Source of the DNA: Caldimicrobium thiodismutans | GTDB taxonomy: Bacteria > Desulfobacterota > Thermodesulfobacteria > Thermodesulfobacteriales > Thermodesulfobacteriaceae | Direction: 5' to 3' | Length of the DNA stretch: 32,000 bases | Assembly: GCF_001548275.1 (NCBI RefSeq) | Contig: NZ_AP014945.1 | Span: 1,770,001 to 1,802,000 of the forward strand | In this document: positions 9,255 through 18,251 of the stretch, one piece after another | Layout of the letters: the number at the start of each line of letters is the position of its first letter | Position numbering within the stretch: the first letter of the stretch is position 1 | Notes under the pieces: model-generated | What the model was told of the DNA's origin: nothing | Seen by the model: the letters and a program-made list of their open reading frames with translations, nothing else | Databases searched by the model: none | Made by a program: the position numbers and the translations under genes

Positions 9255-10136
9255 CTAAGGGACTATTAGGAGGGGAAATTCAGAAGCCTTTAACAGGTGA
9301 GAGGTTACACTTCCCATAAAGAGTTTTTCTAAGAAGCCTTTACCAGTTTTTCCAAGAACTATGAGGCTTGCTTCTTTTTCCCGGACAAATTCAAGGATTT
9401 CATTAGCTGGATTCTCCCCGAGACCAAGGAAAATATCTCCCTCTATTCCTTGATCCCTCAAGGGTTGAAAAAATTCCTTTAGTTGGTTTTTCATTCTTTC
9501 TTCCAGGGCGTGAATTTCCTCTTCCTGCAAGCCTGATATTTCCTCACTTTTTATTATGTATACTATATAAATTTTTTTTATGAGAGGCTTTATATATAAG
9601 ATGAAATCCCTTGCTTTGAGGGAATTTTTAGAAAAGTCCGTAGCCAAAACGGGTCTTTTGAAGATTTGGATATTTTCAAGAATTATAGGTTTTTCCTCAG
9701 GTTCTTTGAGGAGGCTATGACAATAAACAAGAACAGGAATTTTAGAGCGATTTATTAATTGTTGAGTAATCTCAGATACAAAAAGTTTTTCCCTTTTTTG
9801 TTTCCCTATGACAAGAAGATCTGCTGATACATCTTCAGCAACCTCAAGAATCTTGACCAAAGGGTCTCCAATTTCTACGAGGAATCTGCTTTGTAAGCCT
9901 GCTTTTTGGATATCCTTATCCCAGTCCTGAAATTTTAATTTGGCAGATTCAGCTAATTCCAGCGCCCTCTCCTTTAAAAAACCCCCAAAGGGAACATAAG
10001 AAACCTCCTCCCGGGGGATAACATGCAAAAGAATTATTTCTTCAAGCCCTGCCTTTTTTAAGGCTAAAATTTCGAGGAGGCCTCTATATCCCATTTCCCA
10101 ATACCTTACCGGATAGAGAATTCGTTTTATGCCCAT
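9255..10136 (-). CDS. Universal stress protein, tandem USP domains
   Basis: Two halves of about 140 aa. Each ends in a USP nucleotide-binding-like segment (DLLVIGKQKRE...SKIPVLV and SLIVLGKTGKGFLEKLFMGSVTSHLLKASEFPLLIV). Confidence 0.7.
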   Translation of the reverse strand: MGIKRILYPVRYWEMGYRGLLEILALKKAGLEEIILLHVIPREEVSYVPFGGFLKERALELAESAKLKFQDWDKDIQKAGLQSRFLVEIGDPLVKILEVAEDVSADLLVIGKQKREKLFVSEITQQLINRSKIPVLVYCHSLLKEPEEKPIILENIQIFKRPVLATDFSKNSLKARDFILYIKPLIKKIYIVYIIKSEEISGLQEEEIHALEERMKNQLKEFFQPLRDQGIEGDIFLGLGENPANEILEFVREKEASLIVLGKTGKGFLEKLFMGSVTSHLLKASEFPLLIVP

Positions 10137-10138
10137 AA

Positions 10139-11527
10139 TTAACCTCTGTAAAATATTAAAGTTAATAATATAAAAAGGGGAATTAATATGGGGATTGAGT
10201 ATTTCAGGAGGTAGCCGAAAAAACTTGGCATAGTTATACCTTTTTCTTCAGCTATGGATCTTACCATGAAGTTCGGGGCATTTCCAATATAGGTAAGGGC
10301 TCCAAAAAATACTGCCCCTTCAGAGATAGCAAGGAGGTACTTAGGATAATTTTGAATCAGGTTGACTATGGCTTCTTTTTCGGGTAAGCCAGGGTAAAAT
10401 TTTCCAAGGCAGGTGCTTAAAAAAGTAAGATAAGTAGGAGCATTGTCCAGAAAGGCTGAAAGAAGCCCTGTTATCCAGAAGTAATGAGCAGGTTCATTAA
10501 GCTTTGAAATTAAAGGATTTAAGACCCCCCTTTCTCCTGCCTGAAGAATGCTTATGGCAGGAAGCATGGCTATAAAGATCCCAAAAAATAAGATGGCTAC
10601 CTCCTTAATAGGAAAAAGGGTGAATTCATTTTTTTCACGAATCTCCCTGGGGGTGATAAAAAAGGAGACTCCTGCAAGGAGAACAAAAAATATATCCCTG
10701 AATATCTCATTGAGAGGCCTTTCTATACCAAATACATGTATTCCGGGGAGATGAAAATTAGCGGAAAGGAGAATGGTTATAGGCACCCCTACGAGGAAAA
10801 AAAGGTTATACCAGCCAAGAATTAGAAAGGTTTTCTTTTTTAAATCTTTTGGAAAGCGCTCTTTTTCCTTTTTAAAGTTAATAGTATCTATGAGATAAAA
10901 GAGGACCAGAAGGGAAAATACACAGAGAAGCATAGAGGGAAAAAGATTGAGAGTCCAGAAAAAGGGAACTCCTTTAAGAAAGCCGAGAAAAAGAGGCGGA
11001 TCCCCAAGAGGAGTTAAAGAACCACCAATATTTGACACAAGAAAAATAAAAAAAACAAAGATATAAGCTTTATTTTTTCTCCAGGCATTGGCTCGCAAAA
11101 GTGGTCTTATTAACACAATAGAAGCACCAGTTGTGCCCATAAGGGAAGCAAGAAGAGTGCCTGTGAGTAGATAAATGGTATTAAAAAGAGGGGTCCCTGA
11201 AAAATTTCCCTGAAGATAGATATTGCCAGAAATGATATAAAGGGAGGAAAGAAGAAGGATAAAGGGGATATATTCTGCAAGTAAAACATGAAGTATCTCA
11301 TGGAAGGTTCCCTTGGGAGAAAGATATAGAAGGGGAAGGGCTGAGAGAATGGCCCAAAAGAGAGAAATTTTTCCGAAGTGTTTATGCCAGAATCGTGGGG
11401 CAATAATGGGGAAAAGGGAGATAGAAAGAAGGATTCCTGCAAAGGGAAGAATAGATATTAAAGGTAATTTCTCCCCAAGACTACTCATACCTAAAAGTTT
11501 AACATAAAGATATGATTTGGGAATCAT
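10139..11527 (-). CDS. Polytopic ion transporter of the ArsB/NhaD-CitMHS permease superfamily (putative Na+/H+ antiporter type)
   Basis: 462 aa and almost entirely hydrophobic, with about 11-13 predicted TM helices. The central charged loop KKEKERFPKDLKKK separates two halves. Family assignment rests on overall resemblance only. The substrate is unknown. Confidence 0.55.
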   Translation of the reverse strand: MIPKSYLYVKLLGMSSLGEKLPLISILPFAGILLSISLFPIIAPRFWHKHFGKISLFWAILSALPLLYLSPKGTFHEILHVLLAEYIPFILLLSSLYIISGNIYLQGNFSGTPLFNTIYLLTGTLLASLMGTTGASIVLIRPLLRANAWRKNKAYIFVFFIFLVSNIGGSLTPLGDPPLFLGFLKGVPFFWTLNLFPSMLLCVFSLLVLFYLIDTINFKKEKERFPKDLKKKTFLILGWYNLFFLVGVPITILLSANFHLPGIHVFGIERPLNEIFRDIFFVLLAGVSFFITPREIREKNEFTLFPIKEVAILFFGIFIAMLPAISILQAGERGVLNPLISKLNEPAHYFWITGLLSAFLDNAPTYLTFLSTCLGKFYPGLPEKEAIVNLIQNYPKYLLAISEGAVFFGALTYIGNAPNFMVRSIAEEKGITMPSFFGYLLKYSIPILIPLFILLTLIFYRG

Positions 11528-11687
11528 GTAAGATAAATCCTTTAAAGGATGCTAACCTTTGAATGATCTTTAAATCTTTTATGTCCCTTCTTTTTTAGAA
11601 GATTATGAACTTATATGAGAGAATTTTGCTGAAAAGTCAATTAAACTTTAATTTTTGACCCTTGGAGAGTGTAATCAATAACTTTTT

Positions 11688-12413
11688 TTACCACTCAAAG
11701 CTTTGAACTACGATAATACCTTTCTCTTCTGCCATCTTTAAAGCTCTGGGCTTGGCATAGTGAGTTACTATAAGCTTTACTACTTCTTTATCTCTATAAA
11801 CCTTTCTAACTGCTATTTCCTTTTTCTCAATCTCTTTTAAGGCTCTATCAAAATCTCTTTTCCCCTCGTCAAATCTCAACTTAGCCTCTCCAACAAGCAC
11901 CACTTCTTTTCCATTTACCCTTCCCTTTGCCAGAAAATTGATCTCCTCTCCTTCAATCTCCGTCCTTATAAATCTTTCTGTAACTTCTATTCCATATTTC
12001 TCCTTTAAAACTTTTGGAAGATTCCTGTAAGCTTCATTTTCAAAGGCATAAGAAAGGCTTCTTGTAAATCCACCAAAATCTTTTCTTAATTGGTGTAAAT
12101 CCTCCCTTGTTTTTCTGTGCTCTTCCACAAGCTTTCTTAATTCTTCTTCAGTTTTTTTATGCTCTTCTGCAAGCTTTTTTAACTCTTCCTCGGTTTTTTT
12201 CTGAGCTTCAGCGAGTTTTTTTATTTCCTCTTGGGTCTCTTTTTGAGCCTTAGTAAGGTCACTAACTATATTTTTTAACTCAAGAAAATCTTCACGCTTT
12301 ACAGTATCACCAATAGATTTCTCAAGTTTTTCAAGAATTTTTATAAAAATTTTTCTAACAGGAGGCTCAAGTTCTTCCAGGGCTTTAATTAGATCTACTG
12401 CTAAGAGAGACAT
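11688..12413 (-). CDS. Coiled-coil protein with C-terminal PD-(D/E)xK-like (restriction-endonuclease-fold) domain; function unknown
   Basis: The N-terminal half is a K/E-rich coiled coil with three 14-aa repeats (QEEIKKLAEAQKKT / EEELKKLAEEHKKT / EEELRKLVEEHRKT). The C-terminal part has a D/E...ExK-like pattern (TEIEGEEINFLAKGRVNGKEVVLVGEAKLRFD). It is a monocistronic island between two intergenic regions. There is no SD before the ATG. Confidence 0.6.
   Translation of the reverse strand: MSLLAVDLIKALEELEPPVRKIFIKILEKLEKSIGDTVKREDFLELKNIVSDLTKAQKETQEEIKKLAEAQKKTEEELKKLAEEHKKTEEELRKLVEEHRKTREDLHQLRKDFGGFTRSLSYAFENEAYRNLPKVLKEKYGIEVTERFIRTEIEGEEINFLAKGRVNGKEVVLVGEAKLRFDEGKRDFDRALKEIEKKEIAVRKVYRDKEVVKLIVTHYAKPRALKMAEEKGIIVVQSFEW
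12108..12233 (-). repeat. Imperfect 42-nt tandem repeat x3 inside the coiled-coil gene (encodes the 14-aa repeat)
   Basis: Plus-strand units gtttttctgtgctcttccacaagctttcttaattcttcttca / gtttttttatgctcttctgcaagcttttttaactcttcctcg / gtttttttctgagcttcagcgagtttttttatttcctcttgg, roughly 70-75% identical by eye. Confidence 0.6.
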
Positions 12414-12469
12414 ATTTTTACATTAATTTAATTTTCATAAAAATCAAGTGTATCTCCTAAATCCAATTT

Positions 12470-12672
12470 AGCTCCTCTATTCAACCTTCACAATAAAACT
12501 ATCTATTTCGCCCCTCTTAAATTTTACAAGCTTAGTTCTTTAGCAAAGCTTATTTCAAAGGAAAGAGTGGGTGGAAAGGTAAAGGAGCTTTGCAGAAAGA
12601 TAAGGAGATATCAGAAAATGCTTGAGAGAGCCTATTTAGAGAAAAAATGGAATTATTTACGGGGAAAAATTG
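12470..12672 (+). repeat. Copy A of a ~200-nt dispersed intergenic element (candidate ncRNA or element remnant)
   Basis: Aligns by eye end to end with 29881-30081 in the same orientation. The 89-nt core 12543-12631 differs from 29953-30041 at one base (12584 G vs T). It contains the stem GCAAAGCT (12543-12550) / AGCTTTGC (12586-12593) around a 35-nt purine-rich loop. Confidence 0.8.
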
Positions 12673-12676
12673 CAAT

Positions 12677-12702
12677 AAAACAGACATTCTTGTCTGTTTT
12701 TT
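12677..12702. terminator. Bidirectional intrinsic terminator-like hairpin
   Basis: aaaaCAGACA-ttct-TGTCTGtttttt: a 6-bp GC-containing stem extendable by A:U pairs. T6 follows on the plus strand and TTTTATT follows on the minus strand. Confidence 0.6.
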
Positions 12703-12890
12703 CACTTTCACACATAGGAGTGTAATTTACCTTCACAGGCAAGATTGCCTGTGTTACTCTCACAGACTCGTAAAGCCTCACCTGTAAGGATGTTGTAAAT
12801 CCCTTGGAAATTATTTACTCCTACAATTGATCCCAAATCAATCATTTCTTGAATAAAATTTATCTAATTCCCCCTATTAAAGTAGAGGCC

Positions 12891-12975
12891 ATGGGGATGC
12901 CTGTTATGTGATCCTTTGTATTATCGGGGCAGACACTATAGATCTGCCCCTACATTAATGTGTTAGCATCCCTGT
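12891..12975. other. GC-rich nested stem-loop (candidate structured RNA; strand undetermined)
   Basis: Outer stem GGGATGC (12894-12900) / GCATCCC (12966-12972), extendable by three wobble/AU pairs. It encloses an apical hairpin GGGGCAGA (12926-12933) / TCTGCCCC (12943-12950) with a 9-nt loop. It stands out against an AT-rich spacer. Confidence 0.3.
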
Positions 12976-13038
12976 CATCTAATAATAAAGAGATTATTCT
13001 TAGAAGGAAGTGAACTTTGACAATTTTGTTTTTTCTTG

Positions 13039-13066
13039 TTGAAGTTTTTTAAGGTTCTGGTATATT
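13039..13066 (+). promoter_or_regulatory. Putative sigma70-type promoter for ppiD
   Basis: -35 TTGAAG (13039-13044), 16-nt spacer, -10 TATATT (13061-13066), 26 nt before the ATG at 13093. By-eye match only. Confidence 0.35.
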
Positions 13067-13092
13067 TATAAAAATCCTTATGAGTTTTAAAG

Positions 13093-14886
13093 ATGTTTGA
13101 ATTTCTTAGAAAAGGCGCAACTTCCCTTTTTGCCAAGATCTTTTTGGCAATCATAATTATTGTTTTTGTCTTCTGGGGTATCGGCTATTTTGGTACATCC
13201 GATAGAAATCTGGTAGCCGAAGTAGATGGAGAGAAGATTAACCTTAAAGAATTTCAAGAGTATTATAATTTTAAGTTTTTTCAGTTAAAACAGGCCTTCG
13301 GAGAGGTCTCAAGCGAAGATCTTAAAAAAATGAGATTCAAAGAAATGGCTTTGCAAGAGCTTATTAGAATAAAGCTTACCCAAAGAATTGCCCAAGACCT
13401 TGGCTTAAAGATAACCCAGGAAGAGATAAACTTGGCTATTTCGCAGCTTCCCTTTTTTCAGCAAGAGGGAAGGTTCAATCCCTCAGCTTATCTTGCCTTT
13501 TTACGGGAGATGGGGTTAACTCCTGCCACCTTTGAGAGGATCCTTAAGGCAGATCTCCTTGAGCAAAAATTAAAAGGTCTTTTAATAGCTCCAATTCTTG
13601 TCTCCCAGGATGAAGTTCTTGAATTTGCAAAATTTTATCATCAAAAGATTACCCTCCAGGAATTTATCCTCACAATGGAATCCTGTCAGAGAGAGGTCAA
13701 GGGGGATGAAAAGGCTTTAGAAAGTTATTTCAATGCCCATAGAGATCTTTATGTGGAAGAGGAAAAGATAAAAATCGCTTATTATATAATTCCCTTTACC
13801 GGGGAGGTTGAGGTTTCAGAGGAAGAGATCAAAAACTACTATGCTCAAAATTTAAATCGATTCAGGGAACCCTTTAAAGTAAAATTGAGAAGAATCGTTA
13901 TTCCTGGGGTTGATGCCAATGCTGAGAAGAAGGCTCAGGAAATAAAAACTCAGATAAAGGATCTAAAGGATTTTGCAGTTTTTGGCTCTAAGACCTCTGA
14001 ATGGTTTGAAGATCAGGCGCTTTCTCAGGAACTAAAAAACATTTTAAAGTTAGCCAAAAAAGGAGATATCTTAGGTCCTTTAAAGACCTCTCAGGGATTT
14101 ACTATCCTTGGAGTTGAAGAGGTTCAACCTGAACGAGTGGCAAAGCTTGAAGAGGTAAGAGATAAGATTGTGAGTGAAATAAAAAAGGTTAAGCTCAGGG
14201 ATAGGGCAAAAAATCACGCTAATGCAATTTACACAAAAGTTGTGGCTGAAAATGGGCTGACTAAGTGGGGTGAAAAAAATCAGATCAAACTTGAGGAAAC
14301 TGGATATCTTACTCAGGAAGAACTTGCCAAAATTTTTGCCTCTCGCGAAACCGCTAATAAAATTTTTAAACAAGGAAAGGGTGATTATTTCTCTCCCCTT
14401 GAGACCGAAAAGGCTATTTATTTAGTTGAGATACTGGATAAGAAACCCAGGAGAAATCTGTCCTTTGAAGAGGCAAAGGAAAGGGTTAAAAATGATTACT
14501 TAAAGGAAAAGGGAAGAGAACTCTGTGAAGGAAAGGTAAAGAGCTTTTTGGGAAAGGCAAAAGGGCAGGGGAATCCTATTCAGATAGCCCAAGAAATGGG
14601 TTTTAAAGAAGAGACCAAAGAGATTTTGAGAAAGGATTTACCTGAGAAATTAATTCAACGAGGACTCCCTGGTTTAATAGAAGAACCTATTATAACAGAG
14701 GAAGCTATAAAAATTTATTACCTTCAACGGATTGAGAATTCTCAGCAGACCTTCAGCTTAGAGGAATTACATACCCTTCGCAGTCTTTTACTTGAGAAAA
14801 AGAGAGAAGAGGTCTTAAAGAAGTATTTGGAAGGCTATCAAAAGAGGGCAAAGATTAAGGTTTATCCTCTTTTTCAGCAGATTTAG
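13093..14886 (+). CDS. ppiD: Periplasmic chaperone / peptidyl-prolyl isomerase PpiD-like (N-terminal anchor, SurA-N-like region, degenerate parvulin domain)
   Basis: PpiD-type N-terminus [33 protein letters not shown]. Parvulin-like block VKLRRIVIP...[21 protein letters not shown]. Length about 600 aa. Confidence 0.8.
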   Translation: MFEFLRKGATSLFAKIFLAIIIIVFVFWGIGYFGTSDRNLVAEVDGEKINLKEFQEYYNFKFFQLKQAFGEVSSEDLKKMRFKEMALQELIRIKLTQRIAQDLGLKITQEEINLAISQLPFFQQEGRFNPSAYLAFLREMGLTPATFERILKADLLEQKLKGLLIAPILVSQDEVLEFAKFYHQKITLQEFILTMESCQREVKGDEKALESYFNAHRDLYVEEEKIKIAYYIIPFTGEVEVSEEEIKNYYAQNLNRFREPFKVKLRRIVIPGVDANAEKKAQEIKTQIKDLKDFAVFGSKTSEWFEDQALSQELKNILKLAKKGDILGPLKTSQGFTILGVEEVQPERVAKLEEVRDKIVSEIKKVKLRDRAKNHANAIYTKVVAENGLTKWGEKNQIKLEETGYLTQEELAKIFASRETANKIFKQGKGDYFSPLETEKAIYLVEILDKKPRRNLSFEEAKERVKNDYLKEKGRELCEGKVKSFLGKAKGQGNPIQIAQEMGFKEETKEILRKDLPEKLIQRGLPGLIEEPIITEEAIKIYYLQRIENSQQTFSLEELHTLRSLLLEKKREEVLKKYLEGYQKRAKIKVYPLFQQI

Positions 14887-14930
14887 ATACTGATTACTTA
14901 AAAAACATCTTTTACCATCAGGGAGGAATT

Positions 14931-17900
14931 ATGCCTAAAAGAGGAGATTTAAAGAGTATTCTGATAATAGGATCTGGGCCTATTGTTATAGGCCAGGCCT
15001 GTGAGTTTGATTATTCCGGAAGTCAGGCTTGTAAAGCCTTAAGAGAAGAGGGTTATGAGGTAGTTCTTGTAAATTCTAATCCTGCAACCATAATGACAGA
15101 TCCTGAAATGGCAGACCGCACCTATATTGAGCCTCTTATTCCTGAAGTCCTTGAATACATCATTAAGGAAGAAAGACCCGATGCCCTTTTACCTACCCTT
15201 GGGGGACAGACCGGGCTTAATCTTGCCTTTGCTCTTGCTAAAAAGGGAGTTCTTGAAAAATATGGGGTAGAATTAATTGGTGCTAAAGCTTCTGCCATTG
15301 AAAAGGCAGAATCAAGAGAACTTTTTAGAAAGGCAATGGAAAATATTGGGCTTAAGGTCCCAAAGAGTGTCATTGTGCATAGTCTTTCTGAGGCAGAAAA
15401 GGCTGTAAAAGAAATTGGATTTCCTGTAATTATCAGACCCAGCTTTACACTTGGAGGAACAGGGGGAGGGGTTGCATACAACATTGAAGAATTAAGGGAG
15501 ATTGTTTCTGCAGGCCTTGAGGCCTCTCTCATTCATCAGGTCATGCTTGAGGAATCGGTGCTTGGTTGGAAGGAGTTTGAACTTGAAGTGATGAGGGATT
15601 TTAAGGACAATGTGGTTATCATCTGTTCAATTGAAAACTTTGATCCCATGGGGGTTCATACAGGGGACTCCATTACAGTAGCTCCTGCTCAGACTTTAAC
15701 TGATAGAGAATATCAAAGAATGAGAAGTGCAGCCCAGGCGGTGATAAGAGAGATAGGGGTTGAAACAGGGGGATCAAACATTCAGTTTGCTATAAATCCC
15801 AAAAACGGAGAGATGGTTGTTATTGAAATGAATCCAAGGGTTTCAAGATCATCTGCCCTTGCCAGTAAAGCCACAGGATATCCCATTGCAAAGATTGCAG
15901 CCAAACTTGCTGTAGGTTATACCCTTGATGAACTTGCCAATGATATCACCAAGGAGACAAGAGCTGCCTTTGAACCAACCATTGACTATGTGGTGGTAAA
16001 AATTCCCCGCTATACCTTTGAAAAATTTCCAGAAACCAAAGATGAGCTTACTACCTCCATGCGCTCTGTTGGTGAAACCATGGCCATTGGAAGAACCTTT
16101 AAAGAGGCCTTGCAAAAGGCTATAGCTGGCCTTGAGATTGGAAGATATGGCTTTGGAGCAGATGGTAAATCTCCCTCAGATCATGATGAAGTCTTACCAA
16201 GAGAACTTATCATCGAAAAACTTGCAAGACCAAACAGCCAGAGACTCTTTTACATAAGAGAAGCCTTTAAGGCAGGTTTTACCATAGAAGAAATTTATAA
16301 ACATTCCTATATTGATCCCTGGTTTCTCTATCACCTGAAAGAGCTTTTTAATATAAGTGAGACCTATAAAGGGAAAAAACTTGAAGATCTTACAGAAGAA
16401 GATTTCATGGAGCTAAAGCAAAGAGGTTTTACTGATTATCAGATAGCCTTTTTAACTGGTTCCACTGAGTTAGAGGTAAGAAAAAAAAGATTAGCTCTTG
16501 GGGTTAAACCTACATACAAGCTCATTGATACCTGTGCAGCGGAATTTGAGGCTTATACTCCCTATTTTTATTCTACCTATGAAGTAGAAAATGAATCAAG
16601 GGCGCATTTAAGTAAAAATAAAAAAGTTATTATTATTGGAGGAGGCCCAAATAGAATAGGGCAGGGAATAGAATTTGATTATTGCTGTGTCCATGCCATT
16701 AAAGCCTTAAGAGAACGGGGTTATGATGCTATTATGATAAACTCCAATCCAGAGACAGTTTCTACTGACTATGATGTTTCCACAAGACTCTATTTTGAAC
16801 CTCTGACCTTTGAACATGTTCTGAATGTTTATGAAGAGGAAGATCCAATAGGTGTTATTGTTCAGTTTGGAGGGCAAACCCCTTTAAATCTGAGTGTCCC
16901 TTTATTTAGGGCGGGGGGAAGAATTCTTGGAACTTCACCTGAAAATATTGACAGAGCTGAAGACAGAGAGAAATTTGAGGCTCTTTTAAATAAACTTAAT
17001 CTCAAGAGACCCAAGGCAGGTGTTGCCCTAACTGTTGATGAGGCCTTTAAGGTGGCATCTTCTATTGGATATCCTGTTCTTGTTAGGCCCTCTTATGTGC
17101 TTGGCGGAAGAGCCATGAGAATTGTTTACTCAGAAGAGGAACTCTCTGAATATATAGAGACTGCCGTTAAAGTCAATCCTGAACATCCTGTTTTAATTGA
17201 TAAATTTTTAGAGGATGCAACAGAAGTTGATGTGGATGCCCTTTGTGATGGTGAGAGGGTTGTAATAGGGGGAATAATGGAACATATTGAAGAGGCAGGG
17301 ATTCATTCCGGGGATTCTGCCTGCTTTTTACCTCCGGTAAATCTTTCCAAAAAGGTGCTTGAAGAGATTAGAGAGGCCACTTATAAACTTGCCATGGAGC
17401 TTGAGGTAAGGGGGCTAATTAATATTCAATTTGCAGTAAAGGATGAGGAAGTATATGTGCTGGAAGTGAATCCAAGGGCCTCAAGAACAGTTCCCTTTGT
17501 TTCAAAGGCAATTGGCGTTCCCCTTGCAAAGATTGCAACCTGGATCATGCTTGGAGAAACCTTAAAGGAAATTGGATTCACCAAGGAGATTATTCCAAAA
17601 TATTATTCTGTGAAAGAGGTTGTTTTTCCCTTTAAGAGATTTCCAGGGGTTGATGTTATGCTTGGTCCAGAAATGAAATCAACAGGTGAGGTAATGGGGA
17701 TTGACTGGGAACCTTCTCTTGCCTATGCAAAAGCACAGTTTGCAGCAGGAATGAGACTTCCCTTTTCTGGTAAGGTTTTTATCTCTGTAAAAGATGAGGA
17801 CAAACCCCTAATGATTGATATTGCCAAAGGACTTGAGGAGATAGGGTTTGAACTTCTTGCAACCTCAGGAACAGCAAGATATTTAAAGGAATTCAATATC

Positions 17901-18188
17901 AAAGTTAATGAAGTTCCTAAAATTTCCGAAGGGAAAAGACCTAATATTCTTGATTTTATTAAAAATAAAGAGATTGCTCTTATGATAAATACTGCTAAGG
18001 GTAAAACAAGTAAGCTTGATGCCTATCTTATCAGACGCTATGCTATGGAGCTTGATATTCCCTATGCTACAACTATTGCCGGTGCAAGAGCCATGGTTTG
18101 CAGTATAAGAAGATTAAAAGAAAAATCCTTTTCCTATGCCCCCCTTCAAGAGTATTATAAAACACTGGATTATCAATTTTACAAATAA
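14931..18188 (+). CDS. carB: Carbamoyl-phosphate synthase large subunit
   Basis: Duplicated ATP-grasp halves ([24 protein letters not shown] and [24 protein letters not shown]; [21 protein letters not shown] and [21 protein letters not shown]). MGS-like C-terminal domain. 1085 aa. GGGAGG SD before the ATG. Confidence 0.97.
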   Translation: MPKRGDLKSILIIGSGPIVIGQACEFDYSGSQACKALREEGYEVVLVNSNPATIMTDPEMADRTYIEPLIPEVLEYIIKEERPDALLPTLGGQTGLNLAFALAKKGVLEKYGVELIGAKASAIEKAESRELFRKAMENIGLKVPKSVIVHSLSEAEKAVKEIGFPVIIRPSFTLGGTGGGVAYNIEELREIVSAGLEASLIHQVMLEESVLGWKEFELEVMRDFKDNVVIICSIENFDPMGVHTGDSITVAPAQTLTDREYQRMRSAAQAVIREIGVETGGSNIQFAINPKNGEMVVIEMNPRVSRSSALASKATGYPIAKIAAKLAVGYTLDELANDITKETRAAFEPTIDYVVVKIPRYTFEKFPETKDELTTSMRSVGETMAIGRTFKEALQKAIAGLEIGRYGFGADGKSPSDHDEVLPRELIIEKLARPNSQRLFYIREAFKAGFTIEEIYKHSYIDPWFLYHLKELFNISETYKGKKLEDLTEEDFMELKQRGFTDYQIAFLTGSTELEVRKKRLALGVKPTYKLIDTCAAEFEAYTPYFYSTYEVENESRAHLSKNKKVIIIGGGPNRIGQGIEFDYCCVHAIKALRERGYDAIMINSNPETVSTDYDVSTRLYFEPLTFEHVLNVYEEEDPIGVIVQFGGQTPLNLSVPLFRAGGRILGTSPENIDRAEDREKFEALLNKLNLKRPKAGVALTVDEAFKVASSIGYPVLVRPSYVLGGRAMRIVYSEEELSEYIETAVKVNPEHPVLIDKFLEDATEVDVDALCDGERVVIGGIMEHIEEAGIHSGDSACFLPPVNLSKKVLEEIREATYKLAMELEVRGLINIQFAVKDEEVYVLEVNPRASRTVPFVSKAIGVPLAKIATWIMLGETLKEIGFTKEIIPKYYSVKEVVFPFKRFPGVDVMLGPEMKSTGEVMGIDWEPSLAYAKAQFAAGMRLPFSGKVFISVKDEDKPLMIDIAKGLEEIGFELLATSGTARYLKEFNIKVNEVPKISEGKRPNILDFIKNKEIALMINTAKGKTSKLDAYLIRRYAMELDIPYATTIAGARAMVCSIRRLKEKSFSYAPLQEYYKTLDYQFYK

Positions 18189-18251
18189 AACTTTTCAATT
18201 CTTAAGATTAGATTATTTTTTATTTTTAATTCCCCTTTTGATGGAGGCTAT

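Noticed and set aside
12618-12725. 35-codon plus-strand ORF (MLERAYLEKKWNYLRGKIAIKQTFLSVFSLSHIGV) starting inside repeat copy A with AAGGAG 10 nt upstream
   Set aside because: The same ATG in copy B is followed by a stop after 6 codons, and in copy A the frame reads straight through the terminator hairpin. Conservation is at nucleotide level and is not codon-like.
12734-12789. Alternating CACAGG / CCTGTG / CACAG / CCTGT segments that could form mutually exclusive hairpins, resembling an attenuator
   Set aside because: Apart from the first 8-bp hairpin, the alternative pairings are only 4-5 bp. No U-tract follows the last segment on the plus strand, and no leader peptide or downstream regulated gene fits.
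11547-12971. 10-nt perfect inverted match GGATGCTAAC (11547-11556) / GTTAGCATCC (12962-12971). It brackets the coiled-coil gene, repeat A, the terminator and the small ORF (1.43 kb), suggesting IS-like terminal inverted repeats.
   Set aside because: Only 10 nt match, with weak extension, and I see no flanking direct target duplication and no transposase. A 10-mer coincidence between two AT-rich spacers is not very improbable. The left copy also overlaps a local palindrome (ATCCTTTAAAGGAT, 11537-11550) in the transporter 5' region. It is worth a BLAST check but is not supportable as a mobile element.
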